From positions 257,625-321,624 of IMG/VR virus record IMGVR_UViG_3300005613_000002: a DNA stretch of 64,000 bases; one strand, written 5' to 3'. Below are positions 29,652 through 38,199 of this stretch, in pieces. Under the pieces are notes generated by a model, which did no database searches, was not told the DNA's origin, and was given only the letters and a program-made list of their open reading frames with translations. Both the position numbers and the translations under genes were made by a program. Positions within the stretch are counted from its first letter, which is position 1, and every line of letters starts with the position of its first letter.

Positions 29652-30140
29652 TTATTGTTGAACCATATTATTTCTCCAGAACTTATAGAAAATATCGTAA
29701 TATTCTTCAAGTTTTTTTATAATTAAATCATTTTCTGGATTATCAGGTGAAAAATCTTCAGAATAATCAAAAACTACATTACTAGTATCTTCATTTGGTG
29801 TAACAGTATATACAAATTTAATAATTCCATCAACAGTCCCACCCCAAAATACTAAATTATCGTAAACTTCTAATTCAACGAATTTTAAATTCACATTCAT
29901 TTCCTTAAAAAAGTTTAACATTTTTTGTTCTTCTTCTGTTTGGTCAAACACCGTTTTTTTATTTTCACCAGTGTCTTCATTTAAATTACGTGTGATTTTC
30001 ATCATATCACGCATATTTAAATCATTTTTTGGTGTATCAGGTGTATTAAATTCAGTAGTATCGTATGTACCTTCACGCATTCTTTTAAGAAAAACCCTCA
30101 TTTGGTTTGGTGCGTTTTTTTTATTTAAATTGTTGTTCAT
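29652..30140 (-). CDS. hypothetical late protein
   Basis: 162 aa; LNE site after an N-terminal segment; ACTATTTAT at 30155-30163. Confidence 0.65.
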   Translation of the reverse strand: MNNNLNKKNAPNQMRVFLKRMREGTYDTTEFNTPDTPKNDLNMRDMMKITRNLNEDTGENKKTVFDQTEEEQKMLNFFKEMNVNLKFVELEVYDNLVFWGGTVDGIIKFVYTVTPNEDTSNVVFDYSEDFSPDNPENDLIIKKLEEYYDIFYKFWRNNMVQQ

Positions 30141-30180
30141 GTTTTAGTTTAATTATAAATAGTATTATTCACTAGAATCA

Positions 30181-30801
30181 TTAATCTAGCATTTCATGTC
30201 GGTCTTCAACTAATTTTTCAAGTAAATCTTTAAGCCATACCCAACAATTCTTTTCATCAGCATCTGTTATTTCTGCTAGTTTTTTATCTTCCTTAGTCAT
30301 ATCATTATCTTGATATGCAAACCAGTCATAATCTTTTCCAGTGTAATCATCATTTTTTTTGATGATTTTATTACCAACTTCTGCTGGTGGAATAATAACA
30401 AAATCATCATTTAATTTTGATTTTGGTTTTTTATCTAAGTCCCAAATAAATTCAGGATTATCTCTAAATCTTTTATTACCATAAAAATAATCATGAGTAA
30501 ATTCTAATCTAAAATACATTACAGGATATTCCCAATCACCTCCAGCTTTCATTAACTCAGCATTAAATTCATATTTGATTGGTTGATCTTTTCTTAGATT
30601 TTCTTTGACATAAAAAGTTTTCTTTTGACCAGAACTATCGTTATTTTCTAAATCAAAATTAATTCTTTGAAATTTTTGTGCTTCAAACACTTTGTCACGC
30701 CAAACATCATTAATTATGGTATTATAATTAAATATTTCCACATCTTTATCTTTTTTTATTGCAGAAATTTCTTCATTAATAATTTCTATTATTCTAGTCA
30801 T
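30181..30801 (-). CDS. hypothetical late protein with N-terminal IINEE motif
   Basis: MTRIIEIINEEISAIKK; AGTATTTAT at 30806-30814. Confidence 0.7.
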   Translation of the reverse strand: MTRIIEIINEEISAIKKDKDVEIFNYNTIINDVWRDKVFEAQKFQRINFDLENNDSSGQKKTFYVKENLRKDQPIKYEFNAELMKAGGDWEYPVMYFRLEFTHDYFYGNKRFRDNPEFIWDLDKKPKSKLNDDFVIIPPAEVGNKIIKKNDDYTGKDYDWFAYQDNDMTKEDKKLAEITDADEKNCWVWLKDLLEKLVEDRHEMLD

Positions 30802-30839
30802 GTTAATAAATACTAAATAATTTCATAATTAACTAACAA

Positions 30840-31025
30840 TTAAAAGGTAACTGTCTTACACTCTGTTGAACTACTGAACCTACCTATAGTCCCATTTCTA
30901 TATTTAACTGTGATTAGAATACCTTTATCTATAATTTGAACTGAATCATCATCCCATTTATTTATCCCAATACACCATAGAACAACAAAATCATTAACAT
31001 CACAATCTTCCAATTTTTTATACAT
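30840..31025 (-). CDS. small hypothetical protein
   Basis: 61 aa ORF. Confidence 0.5.
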   Translation of the reverse strand: MYKKLEDCDVNDFVVLWCIGINKWDDDSVQIIDKGILITVKYRNGTIGRFSSSTECKTVTF

Positions 31026-31035
31026 AAAATTTATT

Positions 31036-31638
31036 TTATAAATTTAACATTTCATTAAATTCTGTTATACTAATATTTGGGTTAACATCGCCTGATTCCT
31101 CAAAATAATTACTTCTAAAAACAATACCTTTAAATTTTATTGTGTCCTTATGATAATTTCTAAACTCAATTAAATTTTCAGCAATCCCAAATTCTTTACA
31201 AAGTTTTTTACATAATTCAATTGTACTAGCTATTTGTTCATCAGTATATTTCTCCCAATAATTATAACCCATCCATTTTCGTTTAAGAACATTAGCTTCA
31301 TCACAACTTTCGTTAATCCAATTAGTATATTTCCCATTCGAACTTTCAATTAGATATCCCATGTTTTCCAAAACAATTGATATGGATTGTTTATCTGATT
31401 GTTTGATACTTATAAAATCAGTATAATTTTTTGGGTCATAATGCTGGTAAACCAAACCATTTCTTGTTATAGTAAACGTATTCCATTGTTTAGATTTACC
31501 AAAATCTTTATGTTTTAATCTTACTAAATGATTACTATCTTTTCTCAAACTAGACGCTAATATGATTTGTGTTTTATTATGTTTAGTTTTATAATAATTC
31601 TTTGATTCAATTTGATGTGTTTTAGTATCTATCTTCAT
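31036..31638 (-). CDS. Amidase_2-fold protein lacking Zn ligands (pseudo-amidase)
   Basis: Collinear with the 24259 amidase (QIIL, ITRNGLVYQ, SISIVLE, YTDEQI, DVNP) but HH to AS, E to V, H to R. Confidence 0.7.
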   Translation of the reverse strand: MKIDTKTHQIESKNYYKTKHNKTQIILASSLRKDSNHLVRLKHKDFGKSKQWNTFTITRNGLVYQHYDPKNYTDFISIKQSDKQSISIVLENMGYLIESSNGKYTNWINESCDEANVLKRKWMGYNYWEKYTDEQIASTIELCKKLCKEFGIAENLIEFRNYHKDTIKFKGIVFRSNYFEESGDVNPNISITEFNEMLNL

Positions 31639-31646
31639 TTTTATTC

Positions 31647-32135
31647 TTATCGATTTGCTTTAAAATTCATATATATAATTTTGACCATACCCTCAATTAA
31701 TTTTTTCTTTGCAATTATATGGTCAGCAGTCCAAGCATTATCTACAGTCCAATCTGGTTCTTTGTCACAAAATATACGTTTAATTCCAGCATTAACTATC
31801 TGACCTGCACAACGACTACATGGAAACCAATTAACATACATATCACCACCAAATGTTTTTTGTCCTTGTCTTGCTGCATTAACAATTGCGTTTTCTTCAG
31901 CATGTAAAACCCATGAATATTTTGCTGGTCTTTCATGTCTTTCTTCTAAATCATCATCACAACCCCTTGGAAATCCATTATACCCCATTGATATTGGGTT
32001 TTTATCTGATACGATAACAGCACCAACTTTACTAGAACGATCTTTACTCCATTGTGCAACATGGTCTGCAAGTTGCATAAATCTTAAATCCCATTTATTA
32101 GGTTCAAGTTTAAAATTTTTTACTTCTTTAGCCAT
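31647..32135 (-). CDS. dCMP deaminase
   Basis: GYNGFPRG, HAEENAI, PCSRC. Confidence 0.9.
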   Translation of the reverse strand: MAKEVKNFKLEPNKWDLRFMQLADHVAQWSKDRSSKVGAVIVSDKNPISMGYNGFPRGCDDDLEERHERPAKYSWVLHAEENAIVNAARQGQKTFGGDMYVNWFPCSRCAGQIVNAGIKRIFCDKEPDWTVDNAWTADHIIAKKKLIEGMVKIIYMNFKANR

Positions 32136-32142
32136 AATTTTT

Positions 32143-32298
32143 TTATTTTAGTCTCCATAATGAATTTCTTTTTAATTTATTAGCATTTTCAATCAGTTCC
32201 TCAATATCATCTTTATCAACATCAATATCCAAATCTGCCAATTTATCTACTAATAATAAACCTTCTTTAATTAACCTTGCTTTTTCTAATTCATACAT
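32143..32298 (-). CDS. small hypothetical protein (51 aa), not in ORF track
   Basis: Manual translation MYELEKARLIKEGLLLVDKLADLD...WRLK-stop; AGTATTTAT at 32303-32311 directly upstream. Confidence 0.6.
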   Translation of the reverse strand: MYELEKARLIKEGLLLVDKLADLDIDVDKDDIEELIENANKLKRNSLWRLK

Positions 32299-32314
32299 AA
32301 CAATAAATACTTAA

Positions 32315-35300
32315 TTACTCAATAGCAACAGATGAAATTCCATCATCACTCAATTGTACATCTAAAATATAATCAGGTTCAATATTAACTCTATGTTCAA
32401 TAATTAAAACCTTTTTCATGTTTGATTTAATCAACTGTAGAATTTCAATAAATTCTTCAATACTATCTTCACTTAATTTACCCATTACTTCATCTAATAA
32501 GAATATTGATGGTTTTGACTTAACATTAATCTGATTTAATGCAAACTTTAATACAACACTTGAAAATGTTCTTTCTTTACCTGATGCACTAATACAATCA
32601 ATAATTGCTGTTGGTCTATCGTGATATGCTAATTTAGGTCTTAAATCATCAACATCAAGCCAAATTTTAAATGGTGCAACACTTAATATGTTTTCAAGAG
32701 TAACATTTATTTTTGGTAGAATATAATTACTTAACATTTGTCTTGGAATACCATCTCTATGAACACATTTCTTATAAAGGTTCATTACGTTATCACGATA
32801 TTCTTGTAATTTAAACTCAGCCAATAATAACTCATTATTTTTTATTTTAAGTTGTTTTTCACCTATATTAGTCTTTAAAATAAAAATATTTTCTCTTTCA
32901 TCAGCTTCATTTCCTTCAAGTATTTCTAATTTCTTTTTAGCTGCCTCAATACCCTTATTAATGTTATTATTTTCTTCAATTTGTTTTAAACTATTATCAT
33001 AGTTATCAATTTTTTGTTGTAATATGTCAATTTTTAATTCCTCATTCTGTATTTTAGTTGGGATTAAATTTGATTCATCAACATATGTTTTTCTTTTCTC
33101 TACATCATTTTTATCATTATTTAATTCACCAATTTCTTTTAAAACTTCTACCATTCCTAGTGAATCCTTTTCAATATTCTCATTAATAATATCAATTTCA
33201 GTATTTTTATTATTAATATCTTCAACTAATTTTATTTTCTCAATATTATTGATATTTTTTATAGAGTCTGCAACACCAAACATGTTAGTTTCAATTTCAC
33301 TAATTTCTTCATTTATACCAGAAATTTCTTCATCAATATGAGTTTGATGTTCTTTTGTTAATTCTTGTCCACATGTTGGACAAGTTTTACTAGTTTTTAA
33401 ATCATTTATTTTAGTCTTTAATTTAACTATAGAGTCTTTATAATCAGAACCACTCTTTTTGAGAGTAAAAACTTTCCCATTTAAAATCTCAATATTATGT
33501 TCAATATCACGAATTTCTTGTTCAATTGATTTTATTTTAAGTTTTAATTCGTGTTCATTTGTCTTGTGAGTATCTTTTTTCTTTGTTAAATCGATTAATC
33601 TTTGTTCATCATACGTTTCCTTCAAATTCTCAATACTCACTGTTAAAACGCCTCTACGTGCTTCTAGTTTAAGTATTTCATCATTATGTGATTTAATTGT
33701 TTCTTTAGTTTCTTTAATATCTAAATTATATATTTCTGGGTCTATTGTATATAATTTTTTTGTTAAATCTTCAACATATTTTCGACCAATTGTAATTTTT
33801 TTCTGAACACCAACTAAAGTAACTGTTTCAATTTCATCCATTTCAGTTTTGGTGATACCAATTTCTTCTTTAAGTGTTTTGTTTTGTTCAGTAACCAATT
33901 CAACATTACAAGTTACTCTTGTTTTTTCACTAATTCTTTTTTGATATTTTTTAAATACATCAAGTTTAACATCAAAAATATCTAAGCCACTATCAAATAA
34001 TAATGAATCAATAAATTCAGCCATATCATTAGACAAAATTTTATTCAATGTATCTGATGTGGTCATAACAATACGCATGAAGTTATTATATGTACCAATA
34101 ATCCTATTAAGTTTTTCTTGTGTTTTAGCTCGTTTATCACCATCTAATGTTTCAAATGAAGTAGTATCATCCATCACTTCATCAGGACTAGACAATAAAT
34201 AATAACTTAAAGTTGTTGGTGCACCATTAATTTCACCATCTTTAGAATATTTAATTATTGTTTTCTTTTTAATACCATAATACTCACCATTGGCTTCAAT
34301 TACTAAATATCCTTCACAAGATTTAGCACCATTTCTATTATTAACAAAACGTTTATCACCAAATTTAGTTCTACTCTCAGTTTCAATAGTTTTTCCGAAT
34401 AATAAATATGATATTAATTTAATTATTGTTGTTTTTCCTGCTGTATTTATTCCAGTAATTTGAAATAAACCATCCATATCAATCCAATTAATATCAACAT
34501 CACCATAAGACATAAAATTCTTTCCACCAAACTTAACAATATTCCATTCAATATTGCTGCTTTCATCTAATTCGATTTCATTAAAGATTTCTTCATCAAG
34601 AGCAATAACATCCTTAATAACTTCTTCATCAGTACCAATTTTACTCAAATACTCATTAAATATTTCATGTTGTACTGTTTTTTCGGTAATATTTTCTAAT
34701 GTTACACTTTCATTTATATCAACATCCTCAGTTGCAAGGAATTGATTTTTATGGGAAATAACACAATTTGGATATAATTTTTTAATGTAAGTAGATAAAG
34801 ACCTTTCACTATCTTTGTTTCTTGATTGTGGTAAAGTATTCCATACAAATCTTACCTTCATATGTTTACTTGGATTATCAATTTCAAAATCCAAATCATC
34901 AAAATCTATAAATGGAGTAATGTTCACATTTTTAAATGACCAATCATTTTTTATTGAAACTTCTTCAACTGCTTTTGTTTTGATATTCCATAATAAATAT
35001 CCATGAAAATTATCATCACCTTCAGCAAAATCTTGAGCGATTAATGAACCACAATATGCTTTAGTTTTATCAGCGAAATATTGTTTTTTATGAATATCAC
35101 CCAAAAAAGAAAAATCACCAATATAATCAGAAATTTTATAATATGATTTACTTTTCATATCAAACCCAGTTACTGATTTACAACCATTAATTGGGTCATG
35201 AAACAAATCTATTAACGTACAATCATTTTCATTTCTATATGCATTTATTTTTTTTCCTTCTTTTGTTTTCCAAGGATTATTTTTCGTATCACCGTGATGC

Positions 35301-35683
35301 CATACTACCCAAATAATATTATCATCAGTATAAAATCCTGTTTTATCGTAATACACAATATTTGAATTCTTAATCGTATTAACCATTGCTTTAATAGAAT
35401 CAGTCCTTTTGATATTCTTTTTACGCATATCATGATTACCCCTTGTTATCCTAACTGGAGCAATATCAGCTAATTCATTTAACAACATTGAAATTAATTC
35501 AATTTGTTCTGGTTGTAAATCCAGATAATCATTAACTAAATCACCAACAATAACAATCCTATCTGGTTTTTTTTGTTTTAATGATGTTATTAATTTTTTT
35601 AACACTTTGGTATATTCCTCGTTTCGAGTAGGTGTCTTACGAACATGTATATCAGCAAGATGTGCTATTTTTATTATACTCAT
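32315..35683 (-). CDS. SbcD/Mre11 nuclease fused to SbcC/Rad50 ATPase (gp47-gp46 fusion)
   Basis: HLADIH, GDLVND, GNHD, GDIH; Walker A GINTAGKTT, zinc hook CPTCG, SASGKE, LLDE; start moved to MSIIKI (35683). Confidence 0.9.
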   Translation of the reverse strand: MSIIKIAHLADIHVRKTPTRNEEYTKVLKKLITSLKQKKPDRIVIVGDLVNDYLDLQPEQIELISMLLNELADIAPVRITRGNHDMRKKNIKRTDSIKAMVNTIKNSNIVYYDKTGFYTDDNIIWVVWHHGDTKNNPWKTKEGKKINAYRNENDCTLIDLFHDPINGCKSVTGFDMKSKSYYKISDYIGDFSFLGDIHKKQYFADKTKAYCGSLIAQDFAEGDDNFHGYLLWNIKTKAVEEVSIKNDWSFKNVNITPFIDFDDLDFEIDNPSKHMKVRFVWNTLPQSRNKDSERSLSTYIKKLYPNCVISHKNQFLATEDVDINESVTLENITEKTVQHEIFNEYLSKIGTDEEVIKDVIALDEEIFNEIELDESSNIEWNIVKFGGKNFMSYGDVDINWIDMDGLFQITGINTAGKTTIIKLISYLLFGKTIETESRTKFGDKRFVNNRNGAKSCEGYLVIEANGEYYGIKKKTIIKYSKDGEINGAPTTLSYYLLSSPDEVMDDTTSFETLDGDKRAKTQEKLNRIIGTYNNFMRIVMTTSDTLNKILSNDMAEFIDSLLFDSGLDIFDVKLDVFKKYQKRISEKTRVTCNVELVTEQNKTLKEEIGITKTEMDEIETVTLVGVQKKITIGRKYVEDLTKKLYTIDPEIYNLDIKETKETIKSHNDEILKLEARRGVLTVSIENLKETYDEQRLIDLTKKKDTHKTNEHELKLKIKSIEQEIRDIEHNIEILNGKVFTLKKSGSDYKDSIVKLKTKINDLKTSKTCPTCGQELTKEHQTHIDEEISGINEEISEIETNMFGVADSIKNINNIEKIKLVEDINNKNTEIDIINENIEKDSLGMVEVLKEIGELNNDKNDVEKRKTYVDESNLIPTKIQNEELKIDILQQKIDNYDNSLKQIEENNNINKGIEAAKKKLEILEGNEADERENIFILKTNIGEKQLKIKNNELLLAEFKLQEYRDNVMNLYKKCVHRDGIPRQMLSNYILPKINVTLENILSVAPFKIWLDVDDLRPKLAYHDRPTAIIDCISASGKERTFSSVVLKFALNQINVKSKPSIFLLDEVMGKLSEDSIEEFIEILQLIKSNMKKVLIIEHRVNIEPDYILDVQLSDDGISSVAIE

Positions 35684-35697
35684 ATATGATTTTTTTA

Positions 35698-35728
35698 CAA
35701 ATATATTAAATTTGAAACAATATATCAA
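35698..35728 (-). promoter_or_regulatory. Bacteroidota primary-sigma promoter (TTG-N20-TATATTTG)
   Basis: Consensus match 14 nt upstream of ATG 35683. Confidence 0.65.
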
Positions 35729-35878
35729 TCATTTTTATTTTTTAAATGACTATTAAACTATAATGTCATAATTACAGTTAATTATTTATGTATCTGACGA
35801 AATTACATGATTTAATTAATTGGCACGAATATCGTAATATTTTAAATCTAAAAATTATAATAATAAAATTTAAAAATT

Positions 35879-36298
35879 ATGTACAAAAATTCTAAAATTA
35901 ATTTATTTGATGCCATTATGGGTGATTTAGTTACTGATGATTTTTTCACATTCACAACATTTGACATGCCTAAAACAACTAAACCAGTTCATGACGTAAT
36001 TGAAAATGATAGTGAATATATTATTGATTTCCATTTGACTGGTATAAAAAAAGATGATGTATCAATTACTGTTGAAAATAATGTTTTATCAATTAAAGCT
36101 GAACGTCATATTGATGATGAAATAAAATATACACACAAAGAATCATTTTCTGGTGTTTATGAAAAATCATTTGAACTCCCAGATACAGTTAAAACTGATA
36201 AAATTAATGCTACGTTTATTGATGGTATTGTTAGTGTGAAAATCCCAAAAAAATCTGAAAAAAATAAGTCAGGCATTAAAAAGATAAAAATAAATTAA
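35879..36298 (+). CDS. hsp20: small heat-shock protein Hsp20
   Basis: GIKKDDVSITVENNVLSIKAER, YEKSFELP, DKINATFIDGIVSVKIPK, C-terminal IKI motif. Confidence 0.9.
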   Translation: MYKNSKINLFDAIMGDLVTDDFFTFTTFDMPKTTKPVHDVIENDSEYIIDFHLTGIKKDDVSITVENNVLSIKAERHIDDEIKYTHKESFSGVYEKSFELPDTVKTDKINATFIDGIVSVKIPKKSEKNKSGIKKIKIN

Positions 36299-36322
36299 AA
36301 AAAGGGGTATTACCCCTTTTTT
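36298..36322. terminator. bidirectional intrinsic terminator
   Basis: AAAAAAGGGG-TATTA-CCCCTTTTTT between convergent genes. Confidence 0.8.
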
Positions 36323-36540
36323 CTTTTATCTCTTTTATTCTTACAACAATAATTTTTACATACTTCAGGTTTTATTTCATGAATATCACACAAACCATCC
36401 ACTAAATGTCCACAATCATAATTATAAATGTATCTACCATGTATTATTTTTTCTTTATCAAATAAAGCAATTTCTCTAGCATCTTTTAATTTAAGTAACA
36501 TCCCATTAGTACAACAATCACTACATTTTTCACATTCCAT
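36310..36540 (-). CDS. YkgJ/CxxCxxCC cysteine-cluster protein
   Basis: CEKCSDCC...C...C.IHEIKPEVC. Confidence 0.75.
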   Translation of the reverse strand: MECEKCSDCCTNGMLLKLKDAREIALFDKEKIIHGRYIYNYDCGHLVDGLCDIHEIKPEVCKNYCCKNKRDKRKKG

Positions 36541-36551
36541 ATTTCTTTTTA

Positions 36552-37118
36552 TTAATCTTCAATTAATTCAGTATAATTTCTTTTAAGTTTGGTTTTTATA
36601 TAGTTAACCTTATTACTAACAGTACTGCTAGTTAGATTAAACTCTTGTCCAATCTCATTATAATCATACCCTTGTAAATACTTCATGTCTAATAATATGA
36701 ATTCAGAAGGAGTTAATTTTGTTGATATAAAATTAATTGACTTATCATTTTCGAAATCTGTATTATTCGATGTATAATAATCACTATTAATTGTTTGAGT
36801 ATCAGACACTAATTCTTCATTAGAATATGATGTAAAGGAAACTTCATCACATCTCCATTTATCAATCATATAATTTTTAGTTATTGATAATACCCATGTT
36901 TTAAATTTAGATTTTGTTTCATCAAATTTTTTCAAATTTAAAAACACTTTAATCATTATTTCAGAAATATAATCATCAATATCACCACAATGTGTATACT
37001 TACTCCTAATAAAATCACTTACCGTTTTTTTATATTTATTATAAATGATTTTTTGTGCTGCCTGATTTCCATTCAAAATACTTTGAATTAGAATCATATC
37101 TTTCGTTTCTTCTTTCAT
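36552..37118 (-). CDS. ECF-type RNA polymerase sigma factor
   Basis: Region 2 DDYISEIMIKVF...FKTWVLSITKNYMIDKWR; region 4 LTPSE...GYDYNEIG...STVSNKV. Confidence 0.88.
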   Translation of the reverse strand: MKEETKDMILIQSILNGNQAAQKIIYNKYKKTVSDFIRSKYTHCGDIDDYISEIMIKVFLNLKKFDETKSKFKTWVLSITKNYMIDKWRCDEVSFTSYSNEELVSDTQTINSDYYTSNNTDFENDKSINFISTKLTPSEFILLDMKYLQGYDYNEIGQEFNLTSSTVSNKVNYIKTKLKRNYTELIED

Positions 37119-38127
37119 AATATGGTTTCTGTACCTTACTCACAAAATAATCGTCAACAACTAAACCTCTTGCACTATATAAAGACTTAATAACAACATC
37201 AATACCTTGCTTCTTTCTTAATTCATCTAAATCATCACTGGTTGGTAATTTAACTATTTTGATTTTTTCTTCATGACCTGCATATATTTTTTCTAAAATA
37301 TAAAACAATTCAATACTATTTTTATATGCATCTGGGTCTAATAAAACAACAACATCTGGTTTTAATTCTTTTAATTTCATAAATAGTGTTGTTGAAATTG
37401 TTTTCCCTAACATTGGAATTATATTAACTGGAAATGATAACATCTCAAAAACTCCTTCAACTAAATAAACTGTAGAATCCCAATTTATTAAACCCTCATT
37501 ATAAATAATTTTATCTTTATCAGCATCAGGATTAAGATATGGTAATTTTTTCTTTATTTTTTTATCACTTCCATAGTATCTCCCAACAAAATAATTCACA
37601 TCGCCATCATCATTGAATGATGGAATAATAATTCTTTTAGAATATTTTCCAGTAATACAAAAACCAAGCCGATATTTTAAAATTATTTCTCTTGATATTT
37701 TACGGTCATTTACTAAATAATTATATGCTTCAAAATGGTCAGGATTTCCAACTTCCATTTGTGAAAATAATATCATTTCATCTGGAAGTTTGACTTCAAG
37801 TTCCTCAATTTCTTCATCTTCATTATTATACACATAATCATCTATTGAACCAACAAACGATTTATATAAAACATAATCACTATATGAACCATATAATCTA
37901 ATTAATTTCTTTAATGAACCAGAAAATCTAGGTTCATCACATTTCCAACATCTAAAAACTCTTTTTGCTGTATTAATCTCAAGATTATATTTTCCATCAG
38001 GGTATGATAATCCATCACGTTCCATACACCTTGGACAATTAACTTGTAATTGTGAACCAGTATTTAAACCGTTAACATCTTCAAAAATGTTTTGAATTAT
38101 ACTATGGTATTCCTGACCTTTAATCAT
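37039..38127 (-). CDS. dnaG: DNA primase (zinc finger + Toprim)
   Basis: CPRC...CWKC, RIIIPSF, YLVEGVFE, DPD, DDLDE; start moved to MIKGQEY (38127). Confidence 0.85.
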   Translation of the reverse strand: MIKGQEYHSIIQNIFEDVNGLNTGSQLQVNCPRCMERDGLSYPDGKYNLEINTAKRVFRCWKCDEPRFSGSLKKLIRLYGSYSDYVLYKSFVGSIDDYVYNNEDEEIEELEVKLPDEMILFSQMEVGNPDHFEAYNYLVNDRKISREIILKYRLGFCITGKYSKRIIIPSFNDDGDVNYFVGRYYGSDKKIKKKLPYLNPDADKDKIIYNEGLINWDSTVYLVEGVFEMLSFPVNIIPMLGKTISTTLFMKLKELKPDVVVLLDPDAYKNSIELFYILEKIYAGHEEKIKIVKLPTSDDLDELRKKQGIDVVIKSLYSARGLVVDDYFVSKVQKPYYERRNERYDSNSKYFEWKSGSTKNHL

Positions 38128-38133
38128 ATATGA

Positions 38134-38164
38134 CAAATATAAAAAAAAATAGCTTCAAAAGCAA
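38134..38164 (-). promoter_or_regulatory. Bacteroidota primary-sigma promoter (TTG-N20-TATATTTG)
   Basis: Consensus match; -33 TTG lies in the loop of the overlapping hairpin. Confidence 0.6.
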
Positions 38165-38183
38165 TGTGTTTTGAAGCTATTTT
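38146..38183. terminator. intrinsic terminator
   Basis: 15-bp stem AAAATAGCTTCAAAA/TTTTGAAGCTATTTT, 8-nt loop, T run on minus strand. Confidence 0.8.
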
Positions 38184-38199
38184 AAAAAGTGTTGAAATT

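Noticed and set aside
35820-35850. CIRCE (HrcA) operator upstream of hsp20
   Set aside because: Only a partial left arm (TTGGCAC) is present; the GAGTGCTAA right arm is absent.
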